Shown here in pieces: positions 19,267-27,157 of a stretch of 29,001 nucleotides of DNA (position 1 is the stretch's first letter; the number at the start of each line of letters is the position of its first letter). The DNA is taken from NCBI GenBank assembly GCA_043732305.1, contig JAYTHU010000152.1:1-29001 (forward strand). The letters are read 5' to 3'. Made by a program: the position numbers and the translations under genes. Below the pieces are notes generated by a model. That model saw only the letters and a list, made by a program, of their open reading frames with translations. It did no database searches and was not told the DNA's origin. Source of the DNA: Oligoflexia bacterium (GTDB lineage Bacteria; Bdellovibrionota; Bdellovibrionia; JABDDW01).

Positions 19267-20621
19267 CAGGCCAACCCATACTGCTTTCTTTTTCTCCAGA
19301 GAGTCACCGGGGTGATTCCCAATAAAGATGAAGCTTTTTCTAAATTCTTTTCGTAAGACAATATCTTCTCGATATGGTCTTTTTCCAAATCTTTTAATCT
19401 CGACGACAAAGGCTTTTTATCTCCGTCATTTTTAAATTCTGCGGTTTCTTGCAAACTATCTAAAATAGCTTTAGGTAAATCCAAAATAGTAATATCTTTG
19501 GAAAACGAGAGAATGAACATTCGTTCGATAACATTTTTCAATTCTCGTATGTTGCCAGGCCACGAATAGGACTTAAATATTTCTACAATTTGTTCAGGCA
19601 GAGACCATTCTTTTTCGTGATTTTCCCGTTGCCTTAGCTCAGAAATTAAATGATTGATCAAGGCGGGAATATCTTCGGATCTTTCTCTAAGGGGATTCAG
19701 AAAACACTCTAGAGAATTTAGTCTATAGTAGAGGTCTTCTCTAAATTTCCCTTGAGCAACCAGGTCAGGAAGATTTTTGTGAGTCGCAGCGATTATGCGC
19801 GCATCTATTAATATTTCCTCATTGCTACCCACACGCTCAAACACACGATCTTGGAGAAATCTGAGAAGCTTTGCCTGGCTGGATATAGACAGGTCACCGA
19901 TCTCATCCAAAAAAAGCGTGCCTTTGTGAGCTAGCTCAAGTTTTCCCGGCTTATCTTTCACGGCATTTGTAAAAGCGCCTTTGACGTGTCCAAAAAGTTC
20001 GGATTCGACTAGAGATTCTGTCAACGTTGAGCAAAATACGGTGATAAAAGGCTGCGCTGATCTTGGCGATAGTTCATGAACGAGTTTGGCGATTTCACTT
20101 TTTCCCGTACCCGTTTCTCCAGTCAGAAGAACAGTGCCCTTGGTAGCGGCAACTGTACGGATAAATTTTTCGGTGATTTGAAGTACCGGGGATTTATATC
20201 CATCAAAGAGATCATTTCTTACCTTTGAGTTTTTAAGATCCTGCAATCGACGACGTTCGAGAACAAATTTACGAACCTTGTCCAGAATCGTCATCAATTG
20301 AATCTGACTGAAAGGCTTAGACAAATAATCAAATGCCCCCGCCCTAACCACATCGACAGCATTTTCAATGGAAGAATAAGCTGTCATGACGACAACAGGA
20401 ATGGAAAATGTTTTTTGCGCGGTGAGAACTAAATCCTTTCCGGTCTTCTCCCCCATTCTGTAATCCGTGAGAATCAAATCAAAATCGGTTTTTCGGAGTT
20501 CATCCAGAGCCTCGTCCACGGAGTGACAAACGACCACGGAGAAATCAGCTTCTGCTAAGCTCAAAGCTAAAGTCCGACAAATATTTTTGTCATCATCAGC
20601 TAAAAGTACCGACATTCTCAT
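19266..20621 (-). CDS. sigma54-dependent response regulator (NtrC family, AlgB-like)
   Basis: REC (LADDD, LTDYRM), GETGTGKS, ESELFGHVKGAFTNA, WPGNIREL, HTH ending TLWRKRKQYGL as in AlgB-like proteins. Confidence 0.92.
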   Translation of the reverse strand: MRMSVLLADDDKNICRTLALSLAEADFSVVVCHSVDEALDELRKTDFDLILTDYRMGEKTGKDLVLTAQKTFSIPVVVMTAYSSIENAVDVVRAGAFDYLSKPFSQIQLMTILDKVRKFVLERRRLQDLKNSKVRNDLFDGYKSPVLQITEKFIRTVAATKGTVLLTGETGTGKSEIAKLVHELSPRSAQPFITVFCSTLTESLVESELFGHVKGAFTNAVKDKPGKLELAHKGTLFLDEIGDLSISSQAKLLRFLQDRVFERVGSNEEILIDARIIAATHKNLPDLVAQGKFREDLYYRLNSLECFLNPLRERSEDIPALINHLISELRQRENHEKEWSLPEQIVEIFKSYSWPGNIRELKNVIERMFILSFSKDITILDLPKAILDSLQETAEFKNDGDKKPLSSRLKDLEKDHIEKILSYEKNLEKASSLLGITPVTLWRKRKQYGLA

Positions 20622-22215
20622 TTGAACCCTCCGAGGTTACAAGAGGCACAGTGATATCAAAAACTGCTCCGCATATCAAAGCATCTTGAGGCGGCTGCAC
20701 AAGTGTAATCTCACCTCCATGGGCGTTCAACACTTCTTTGGCTATGGATAGCCCAATTCCTAAAAAACCTCGCTTTTCAACACCTTGATCATCATCGCCG
20801 CTGAAATATGGCTGAAATATTTTATCTTCAATCATTCTTGAAATACCAGGACCGCTATCCTCAAAACGCACATGCAAAGTCGTTTCACTTTTCCTTAAGG
20901 TAATTTTTATGACACCATTTTTAGGGGTCATTCGAAGAGCATTTGATAGTAAATTTGAGACCACCCAGGGGAATCTCATCTTGTCTAATTTTGACCAAGC
21001 TGGACCAGAAAATTCACTTTCCATTTGTAGAGAGATGCCTTTTTGAGCCGCGACTACCTGAAAAGGTTTGATCCAATTCGACATCAAACTTGCCACATCA
21101 ACAACATCAAATTTCAATATTAGGGAATGAATCTCCCCTAAGCTTAGATGCAAAAAATCGTTAGCGACGGCTTTAATTCTTCCAATGTCGTCGACAACAA
21201 TCTCAAGTAAAAACTGCTTGTGTGGTGGCAGTTTACTTTTTTCCAGCTCTAAAAGTTCCACTGCAGTGGACAAGGACTGAAGCGGAGTTTTCAATTCATG
21301 AGATAGAACACCGATGAATTCCTTTTTTAAGATTTCACGGCGTTTCTTCTCAGTGATGTCATGAAGTAAAAAAACAGTTCCTAGTCTGATCATCCCATCG
21401 ACGATGGCCCTAGTTCGCAAATTGTATATTTTGGTCGTTTCACCTGAGCCGAGTTCGAAAGTCTGAGTGATGGGATGACTAGGATTCATCACGTTCTTGA
21501 GCAGGCGACAATTGGTGTTTTCAAATTCTGTTTCATTCCAATTTTTCCCCGTCATACTCTCACCGCTGGGAAGCTGCAACGCATCTGACATTCCCTGATT
21601 GCAATGAATGACATTGCTTTTATCATCCAAAACTAAAACGCCATCTTCCATGCCGGAAAGTATAGTTTTTATTTTCTGCTCTTCGCTGGTCAAATTAAAA
21701 ACTAAGCGTTCGGACGCCTTTCGAGATAGAAGTAATGTCGATCCTCCTATAAAAATGGTCATAATGAGACCCAACAGTCCGACAACTTTTTTTAATTTCT
21801 GACTGGTTCGATTCTTAGCAAACATAGGGGCTTCATTGAGATCGACTAGTTGGTCAAAAAGTTTATACATTCTGATATCTTCGTTTGACGTCAACGTGCT
21901 CAGGTGACTCTTTGACTTTTGCCATAGTTCTCTAACTTTGTAGGTCAACTCACCTTCACCAGCCTCGGTTATCGATCTATCTTGTTGAGCTAGTCCATTC
22001 TCGAATTTTTCAACATTCCTCAATCGCCAACCTTGGGACATCTTGGCGACAGCTGAGATTGATTGGTAATTGTCTTGAATAAGTTTAGGTGTGAATTCGG
22101 AAGCCACGTACGCTATGAGCATAAGAGCTAAACATAGAATAAAATTTACTCCGGCTATCAGTAGATAACTTTTAAGAATCCTCTGTCGCAATGTTACTGA
22201 TCTGAATTCCTTCAT
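20596..22215 (-). CDS. Sensor histidine kinase (KinB-like periplasmic domain, PAS, HisKA, HATPase)
   Basis: Two TMs, DNYQSI...ITEAGE sensor motif, SHELKTPL H-box, NLLSNALR, DSGPGI, GIGLSI. Confidence 0.9.
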   Translation of the reverse strand: MKEFRSVTLRQRILKSYLLIAGVNFILCLALMLIAYVASEFTPKLIQDNYQSISAVAKMSQGWRLRNVEKFENGLAQQDRSITEAGEGELTYKVRELWQKSKSHLSTLTSNEDIRMYKLFDQLVDLNEAPMFAKNRTSQKLKKVVGLLGLIMTIFIGGSTLLLSRKASERLVFNLTSEEQKIKTILSGMEDGVLVLDDKSNVIHCNQGMSDALQLPSGESMTGKNWNETEFENTNCRLLKNVMNPSHPITQTFELGSGETTKIYNLRTRAIVDGMIRLGTVFLLHDITEKKRREILKKEFIGVLSHELKTPLQSLSTAVELLELEKSKLPPHKQFLLEIVVDDIGRIKAVANDFLHLSLGEIHSLILKFDVVDVASLMSNWIKPFQVVAAQKGISLQMESEFSGPAWSKLDKMRFPWVVSNLLSNALRMTPKNGVIKITLRKSETTLHVRFEDSGPGISRMIEDKIFQPYFSGDDDQGVEKRGFLGIGLSIAKEVLNAHGGEITLVQPPQDALICGAVFDITVPLVTSEGSNENVGTFS

Positions 22216-22305
22216 TATTTTTGTAAGCCCCCATTACATTTTGAAACATCATATCCCGGTTTAAAGCCATCTTAACATCTCGCACGACTACTGAAGATTT
22301 GGCTC

Positions 22306-22321
22306 TGGCACCGACTTTGCT
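22306..22321 (+). promoter_or_regulatory. sigma54 (-24/-12) promoter for rfbD-rfbC-GT2
   Basis: TGGCAC-CGACT-TTGCT, an exact match to TGGCAC-N5-TTGCW, beside a sigma54 activator operon. Confidence 0.85.
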
Positions 22322-22333
22322 TTAGTGCATACC

Positions 22334-23209
22334 ATGGACTATAAAAATATTGTAGTAATTGGAAGTAACGGGCAGGTAGGAAGTGCCATCTGCCAGAAGC
22401 TATCTGAATACGGCGTTGCATACCAGGCCGTTGACAGAGAACAGCTCGATTTGTCGGAAATCAATAATATTGATATAAAACTCAGCACCTTAGCGCCCGA
22501 CTTTCTGATCAATGCTGCTGCGTTCACTAACGTAGACCTTGCCGAGGAAGAAAAATCTCTTTGCCATAAGGTCAATACCGTCGCTCCTGGACGCATGGCC
22601 CTGTGGTGTGCACAAAACAACATACCCTTCGTTCATTTTTCAACCGACTATGTTTTCTCAGGTGCATCGGAAGAAGCCTATACGGAAACCCATGCTACAG
22701 AGCCTGTAAATCACTATGGTTTCACCAAAGAACAAAGCGAAAAATTAATAAGTGAAATTGGCGGAAAATGGATCATTCTTCGCACTTCTTGGGTTTATTC
22801 GAATCAGGGAAAAAACTTTTTGAATACCGTAGTGCGACTATCTCGCCAGTTGGAAGAGTTAAAAATAGTCAATGATCAACGTGGATCCCCCACCTTAGCT
22901 TCCGACATTGCCGAGGTGATTTTTAAAATTATAAATCAGACTGAAAAAACTTCGGAGTTTCCAGTGGGGATTTATCATGTGACCAATAGCGGTGAAACAA
23001 CCTGGTTTGATTTTGCCAATGCAATCATCAAACGAAAGCCCGGTACGAGTAAACGTGTTATTCCAATATCAACCGCGGAACACGGAGCCAAGGCGAATCG
23101 TCCAAACAATTCAACCCTCTCAAACAAAAAGCTCAAAGATATTTTCCACATAGAACTTAGATCTTGGCAGTCAGCACTGGAAGATTGTTTATCAAAGGCT
23201 GGATCATGA
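22334..23209 (+). CDS. rfbD: dTDP-4-dehydrorhamnose reductase
   Basis: GSNGQVG, NAAAFTNVD, HFSTDYVF, YGFTK, LRTSWVYS, DQRGSPT. Start moved from GTG 22325 to ATG 22334 because GTG lies upstream of the predicted TSS. Confidence 0.94.
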   Translation: MDYKNIVVIGSNGQVGSAICQKLSEYGVAYQAVDREQLDLSEINNIDIKLSTLAPDFLINAAAFTNVDLAEEEKSLCHKVNTVAPGRMALWCAQNNIPFVHFSTDYVFSGASEEAYTETHATEPVNHYGFTKEQSEKLISEIGGKWIILRTSWVYSNQGKNFLNTVVRLSRQLEELKIVNDQRGSPTLASDIAEVIFKIINQTEKTSEFPVGIYHVTNSGETTWFDFANAIIKRKPGTSKRVIPISTAEHGAKANRPNNSTLSNKKLKDIFHIELRSWQSALEDCLSKAGS

Positions 23210-23754
23210 CGATCACGGATTTAGAAATTCCAGAATTAAAACTCATTCAACTTAAAACGTTTAAGGATGAACGAGGGTTTTTTGTTGAACGGTTCAACAA
23301 GAGTCAATTTGCTAAGCACAATCTTCCGACAGAATTTAGTCAAGACAATCACTCCTATTCCCATCCTGGCGTGCTCCGCGGCCTGCATTTTCAAGTGAAT
23401 CCTTTCCAAGGTAAAATTGTCAGTGTGATCAGAGGGCAAATCCTTGATGTTGCGGTGGATATTCGACCTGAGTCCAAAACATTTTTAAAACATATTTCAG
23501 TGAAACTTTGTTCTGATAACAATCAACTTCTTTTTATTCCGGGAGGGTTTGCTCACGGGTTTTGCGTCATCGGAGACGAACCGGCTGATGTGACCTACAA
23601 GGTTGACGTGGCCTATGATTTCAAATCGGAAATGGGAATCAAGTGGGACGACAAAATGTTGGGAATTCAATGGCCAGCAGAGAATCCGATTGTTTCTGAG
23701 AAGGATTCTAAACTCATGAGCGTTAAAGCCTTTATTGAGTGGACGGAAAAATGA
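23206..23754 (+). CDS. rfbC: dTDP-4-dehydrorhamnose 3,5-epimerase
   Basis: DERGFF, QDNHSYS, GVLRGLHFQ, DVAVDIR, GFAHGF; ATGA overlap with rfbD defines the start. Confidence 0.95.
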   Translation: MTITDLEIPELKLIQLKTFKDERGFFVERFNKSQFAKHNLPTEFSQDNHSYSHPGVLRGLHFQVNPFQGKIVSVIRGQILDVAVDIRPESKTFLKHISVKLCSDNNQLLFIPGGFAHGFCVIGDEPADVTYKVDVAYDFKSEMGIKWDDKMLGIQWPAENPIVSEKDSKLMSVKAFIEWTEK

Positions 23755-24569
23755 AAACCAGTTTAATTATCTCGACGTATAAGTCTCCAAAGTTTTTAAA
23801 TATGGTTTTAGAATCTGTACAAAATCAAAAATTAAAGCCCTTAGAAATCATTGTTACAGAAGATGGACAATTCGCTGATAACGAAGCACTTATAAAAAAA
23901 TGGCAAAATATTTCTCACGTTCCACTTTTTCATTTGAAACAAAATGATCATGGCAACAGAAAACCTCTAGCATTAAACAAAGCTATTTTAAAATCACAAG
24001 GAGATTACCTGATCTTTTTAGATGGAGATTGCGTGATCAGGAATGATTTCATCGCTGATCACCTCAATCTGGCTGAAGGGGGACATTTTCTTGCAGGACG
24101 CAGAGTTGAACTATCTGAAAAAGCCACGAAAGTCGTTTTCTCAAAAAAGAATGGCTCTAAATATCTCGGTAATTTTCCAGTTAGACTTTTGTATGATTCA
24201 GTTTTCGGAGAAACTCATCATTTTGGGAGATTTTTTAGGACACCAGCATTGATAAAAAAAATGGTAAAACGTAATAAAGTTCATGACATTCGTGGCTGCA
24301 ACTTTAGCGTTCGCCGAGAAGATCTTTTTGCGATAAATGGCTTTGACAACACTTTTTCGGGAGCCTACGGCGAAGATTCAGATGTGGAGTATCGTCTGAA
24401 ATTTCATGGTTTGAAAATGAAAAGTCTCCGCGGTGCTGCCATCCAATACCACCTCTGGCATCCTACTCAGACCAAAGACTTATCAAACCAGGTGCGACTG
24501 ATTCAGGTATTGAAAAACAAAACTGTGAGAAGTTCATCTGGGCTCGATCAAGCAGAGAACATCAGTTAA
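23751..24569 (+). CDS. Glycosyltransferase family 2
   Basis: SLIISTY, EDG, FLDGDC, GCNFS, INGFD, GEDSD, HLWH; ATGA overlap with rfbC. Confidence 0.92.
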   Translation: MKTSLIISTYKSPKFLNMVLESVQNQKLKPLEIIVTEDGQFADNEALIKKWQNISHVPLFHLKQNDHGNRKPLALNKAILKSQGDYLIFLDGDCVIRNDFIADHLNLAEGGHFLAGRRVELSEKATKVVFSKKNGSKYLGNFPVRLLYDSVFGETHHFGRFFRTPALIKKMVKRNKVHDIRGCNFSVRREDLFAINGFDNTFSGAYGEDSDVEYRLKFHGLKMKSLRGAAIQYHLWHPTQTKDLSNQVRLIQVLKNKTVRSSSGLDQAENIS

Positions 24570-24603
24570 AAAGAAAAGGCCCAGATTTCTCTGAGCCTTT
24601 TTT
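24568..24603. terminator. Bidirectional intrinsic terminator
   Basis: AAAAGGCCCAG-atttct-CTGAGCCTTTTTT between convergent genes; fully paired (one G-U) on the minus-strand transcript. Confidence 0.8.
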
Positions 24604-24607
24604 CGAA

Positions 24608-24859
24608 TCATTCGCCAAACCCTTGGGCCGGTGGAGCAGCGGAATCATCCGTTGGCTCAACCGAACTAAAATCTTCGGCTTCTATATCTTCACCCTTGCG
24701 AGTAATCGGTTTCAAATTTTGGACCGTAAGAAGAGAGTCATCCTTAGCCCCAGGATAATTTTTGCGAAGCTCAATAACCGTTACCGGTACTGTTTGTGCT
24801 TTTGCCGGGATCGCTCCCACCAAAATCATAATACTTCCCAAAAACCACATGGGTTTCAT
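24608..24859 (-). CDS. Small secreted hypothetical protein (83 aa), acidic C-terminus
   Basis: Start moved to ATG 24859 (MKPMWFLGSIMILVGAIPAKA-Q signal peptide), 1 nt after the stop of the upstream 28-aa ORF. Confidence 0.75.
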   Translation of the reverse strand: MKPMWFLGSIMILVGAIPAKAQTVPVTVIELRKNYPGAKDDSLLTVQNLKPITRKGEDIEAEDFSSVEPTDDSAAPPAQGFGE

Positions 24860-24860
24860 T

Positions 24861-24947
24861 CTACTTAAGGACCAACTTGAGAGCAAAAGCTGCTCCTATG
24901 AAGATCACACAAATAAGTAAAATTCTTTTCAACTCAGCTCTAGACAT
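24861..24947 (-). CDS. Unannotated 28-aa single-TM microprotein MSRAELKRILLICVIFIGAAFALKLVLK
   Basis: Read manually: GGAG SD 9 nt before ATG, basic N-terminus plus hydrophobic core, fills the gap between two small genes, TAG-A-ATG junction. Confidence 0.65.
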   Translation of the reverse strand: MSRAELKRILLICVIFIGAAFALKLVLK

Positions 24948-24980
24948 AAAAACGTACTCCGTGGGTCAATTGGCTTTTAA

Positions 24981-25169
24981 TTACATTCCAGCTGCAGGAG
25001 CTTTCTTGTGCTTGCCATGTTTTCCAGCTTTTTTTGCAGCAGGTGCTTTAGGAGCAGCAGGAGCATCAGTCACTGCAGGAGCGGGAGCAGCAGGAGCAGC
25101 AGCACCGTCTTGAGCGAAAGCAGCAGAAGACAACATAACAAGAGCCATAGCGATTACTAAATTTTTCAT
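24981..25169 (-). CDS. Small secreted low-complexity protein (62 aa; Ala/Pro-rich with Lys/His tail)
   Basis: AGGAGG SD; signal peptide ending AFA-Q; mature part AAAPAAPAPA...KKAGKHGKHKK; GCT/CCT-biased codons. Confidence 0.85.
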   Translation of the reverse strand: MKNLVIAMALVMLSSAAFAQDGAAAPAAPAPAVTDAPAAPKAPAAKKAGKHGKHKKAPAAGM

Positions 25170-25214
25170 AAATCCTCCTGGGATTATAGTTAGTTACTGT
25201 TCAATGACTATAAT

Positions 25215-25230
25215 TGCAGGACTGGGGCCA
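25215..25230 (-). promoter_or_regulatory. sigma54 (-24/-12) promoter
   Basis: Minus strand TGGCCCCAGTCCTGCA = GG-N10-GC; predicted TSS near 25204. Confidence 0.75.
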
Positions 25231-25255
25231 TAACGCAGGACTTCATAAATGACTC

Positions 25256-25268
25256 TAAGATATTGATA
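25256..25268 (-). promoter_or_regulatory. IHF binding site
   Basis: Minus strand TATCAATATCTTA matches WATCAANNNNTTR exactly; lies between the enhancer sites and the sigma54 promoter. Confidence 0.7.
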
Positions 25269-25302
25269 ATACTTATGTTATAAAAATTATCTAAACGTCA
25301 TC

Positions 25303-25354
25303 TTCTCGAAAATAAGAATTATCAGACATTTCGATTCTCAAAAGCGGGAATTAT
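25303..25354. promoter_or_regulatory. Tandem enhancer (UAS) sites for a sigma54 activator
   Basis: TTCTCGAAAATAAGAATTAT (25303) and TTCTCAAAAGCGGGAATTAT (25335): 15/20 identical, each a partial palindrome, 32 bp apart. Confidence 0.65.
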
Positions 25355-27147
25355 TAAGCCCGCGAAGGAAAAAGAATTCGGACTATTGTGCCCTTAGGCT
25401 TAGCTTTTTCTATTGAAATCGTTCCGCCGTGAGCAGTTATAATTTTACGAACCGTGCTCAGTCCCAATCCAGTACCCGTTTCTTTAGTGGTAAAAAATAA
25501 ATCAAAAAGTCGACGCTGAATATCCTCGGCAATCCCCGTTCCAGAATCCTGAACAGAAATTTCAACTCTATTTTTTTCTGTACGCCAACTTACTTTTAGC
25601 TCTCCACCTTTTGGCATAGCCTCAATAGCATTTTGAATTAAATTTACAAAAGCTTGCTTGAATTTATTCAGATCTACCTTGAGATTTAGATCGAGATTGG
25701 AATCGACTAAAGAATTGCTCGCGATAGAAATGTTTTTCTGATCAAGCACTGGCTTGTAAAAATCTAAAAGATCTTCAAAAAAGTTTTTCAAATTTACTGC
25801 TTCTAACTCAAGTTTAAGAGGTTTTGCATAATCTAAAATATCTGAAACCAATCGATCTAAACGGGCAATCTCCGTGCGCATAGATCGGGGCACGCGCGCC
25901 TTAGTATCATCCATCTGCACAGTTCGCTCGAGCTGAGAAAGCAAAAGCGAAAGGGCGTTTAACGGATTTCTAATTTCATGAGCTAAACTAGAAGCAAGAG
26001 TCCCGATGGCCGCAAGTCTATCATTTTCAATTCGACGCTCTTCACTTTCCTCAAGCTGTTCAATGAGCTTTCCCTGCGAAGCAGAAATTCTCGCACGCAT
26101 CATCTCAAATTCTCGGGATAGAAAAGTAATTTCATCAAGGCCAGAGGGCACATGAATGGGTTGTGAAAAATCTCCTGCGGCGATCTTCTGAGCTTCTTCA
26201 ACCAAAATTTGCAAAGGACGCGTGATGGAATTTGTAAGTACGATAGTTATAAAGATTAGCGCCAAAAGTAAAACAATGGTGGCCGTAAACAAGGCACGTC
26301 TCACCACATTCACTTGTTTTTCAACCTGGGAATATTCTTTTTCTAAAATCAGATACCACTGGCGTCCCGGAACTTTTGTTACGGTTCCCAGAACTTGAAC
26401 CCCATGATGATTTTTGTACATCTCAACAAAAAACTCATCCTGCAGATGTTGAATCAAGGGGGATTGTGCGACAGATTTTTCAAGAGAAGCTTCATCTTCA
26501 CCAACTTCACTGCTGATCAATCGGAGTTTTGAATCTAAAAGCAAAGCTTCAGTTGTTCCGCCGACTCCGATTTTCTTTCCGATTAAATCGTATAAAACCG
26601 AGAGCTTCAACTGCGCAACCAAAACACCTTGCGGATCCATACCTTCGTTAATAGGGATGGTCACGAGCAAAGACTTTTCAAAACTGCGATTTTCAAATAT
26701 TTCTACATATCCAAAACGCTTAAGCCCATTGATGAAAAACGGCTCGCGTTGAGCGGACAAACCAACCCATGCCGGATCTGTCGACACTATGCAATTTCCA
26801 GAAAGATCAAATATGGCAAGATCTTTAAATGTGGCGGAATTATTTCGACGAAACAACAATGTATCCCGCATGTGTTTGAGACCGGGGCGATCTTTTCTCA
26901 TTTCTCGATCAAGAGTTCCCCCGCCAGCGCCAAGTATTTTAAGATCTGTTTCTACGCGCTTCAAATATTTTTCGATTTGCTCAGACAAGGTGACGGATAA
27001 AACTCGCACTTCATTGGCAGCACTATCAGTGGCCGTTTTCTGAGCAAATTTTAAGCTTAGGAAGCTTAGAACTAAAACCAATACGATTAGCAGAGTCGAA
27101 AACGAGAGAAAAATTCTCCAACCGATGCCTCGGAAAATTGATCTCAC
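25354..27147 (-). CDS. Sensor histidine kinase (Cache-like periplasmic domain, HAMP, HisKA, HATPase)
   Basis: Two TMs around a large periplasmic domain, ITRPL..L..EAQKIAAGDF HAMP, AHEIRNPL, NLIQNAIEAM, GTGLGL; GTG start. Confidence 0.92.
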   Translation of the reverse strand: MRSIFRGIGWRIFLSFSTLLIVLVLVLSFLSLKFAQKTATDSAANEVRVLSVTLSEQIEKYLKRVETDLKILGAGGGTLDREMRKDRPGLKHMRDTLLFRRNNSATFKDLAIFDLSGNCIVSTDPAWVGLSAQREPFFINGLKRFGYVEIFENRSFEKSLLVTIPINEGMDPQGVLVAQLKLSVLYDLIGKKIGVGGTTEALLLDSKLRLISSEVGEDEASLEKSVAQSPLIQHLQDEFFVEMYKNHHGVQVLGTVTKVPGRQWYLILEKEYSQVEKQVNVVRRALFTATIVLLLALIFITIVLTNSITRPLQILVEEAQKIAAGDFSQPIHVPSGLDEITFLSREFEMMRARISASQGKLIEQLEESEERRIENDRLAAIGTLASSLAHEIRNPLNALSLLLSQLERTVQMDDTKARVPRSMRTEIARLDRLVSDILDYAKPLKLELEAVNLKNFFEDLLDFYKPVLDQKNISIASNSLVDSNLDLNLKVDLNKFKQAFVNLIQNAIEAMPKGGELKVSWRTEKNRVEISVQDSGTGIAEDIQRRLFDLFFTTKETGTGLGLSTVRKIITAHGGTISIEKAKPKGTIVRILFPSRA

Positions 27148-27157
27148 CTAGGCGCTC

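Noticed and set aside
24858..24886. TTGCTC-N17-TAGAAT sigma70-like promoter and TTG start at 24886
   Set aside because: Lies inside the 28-aa ORF; coupling to ATG 24859 gives a better signal peptide. An internal promoter is not excluded
25030..25105. GCAGGAGCA-type short repeats as a CRISPR or tandem repeat
   Set aside because: Explained by Ala-Pro codons of the 62-aa protein; no repeat-spacer periodicity and no cas genes
24877..25113. 78-aa plus-strand Ala/Gly-rich ORF
   Set aside because: Antisense mirror of the 62-aa gene, which has the SD, signal peptide and promoter
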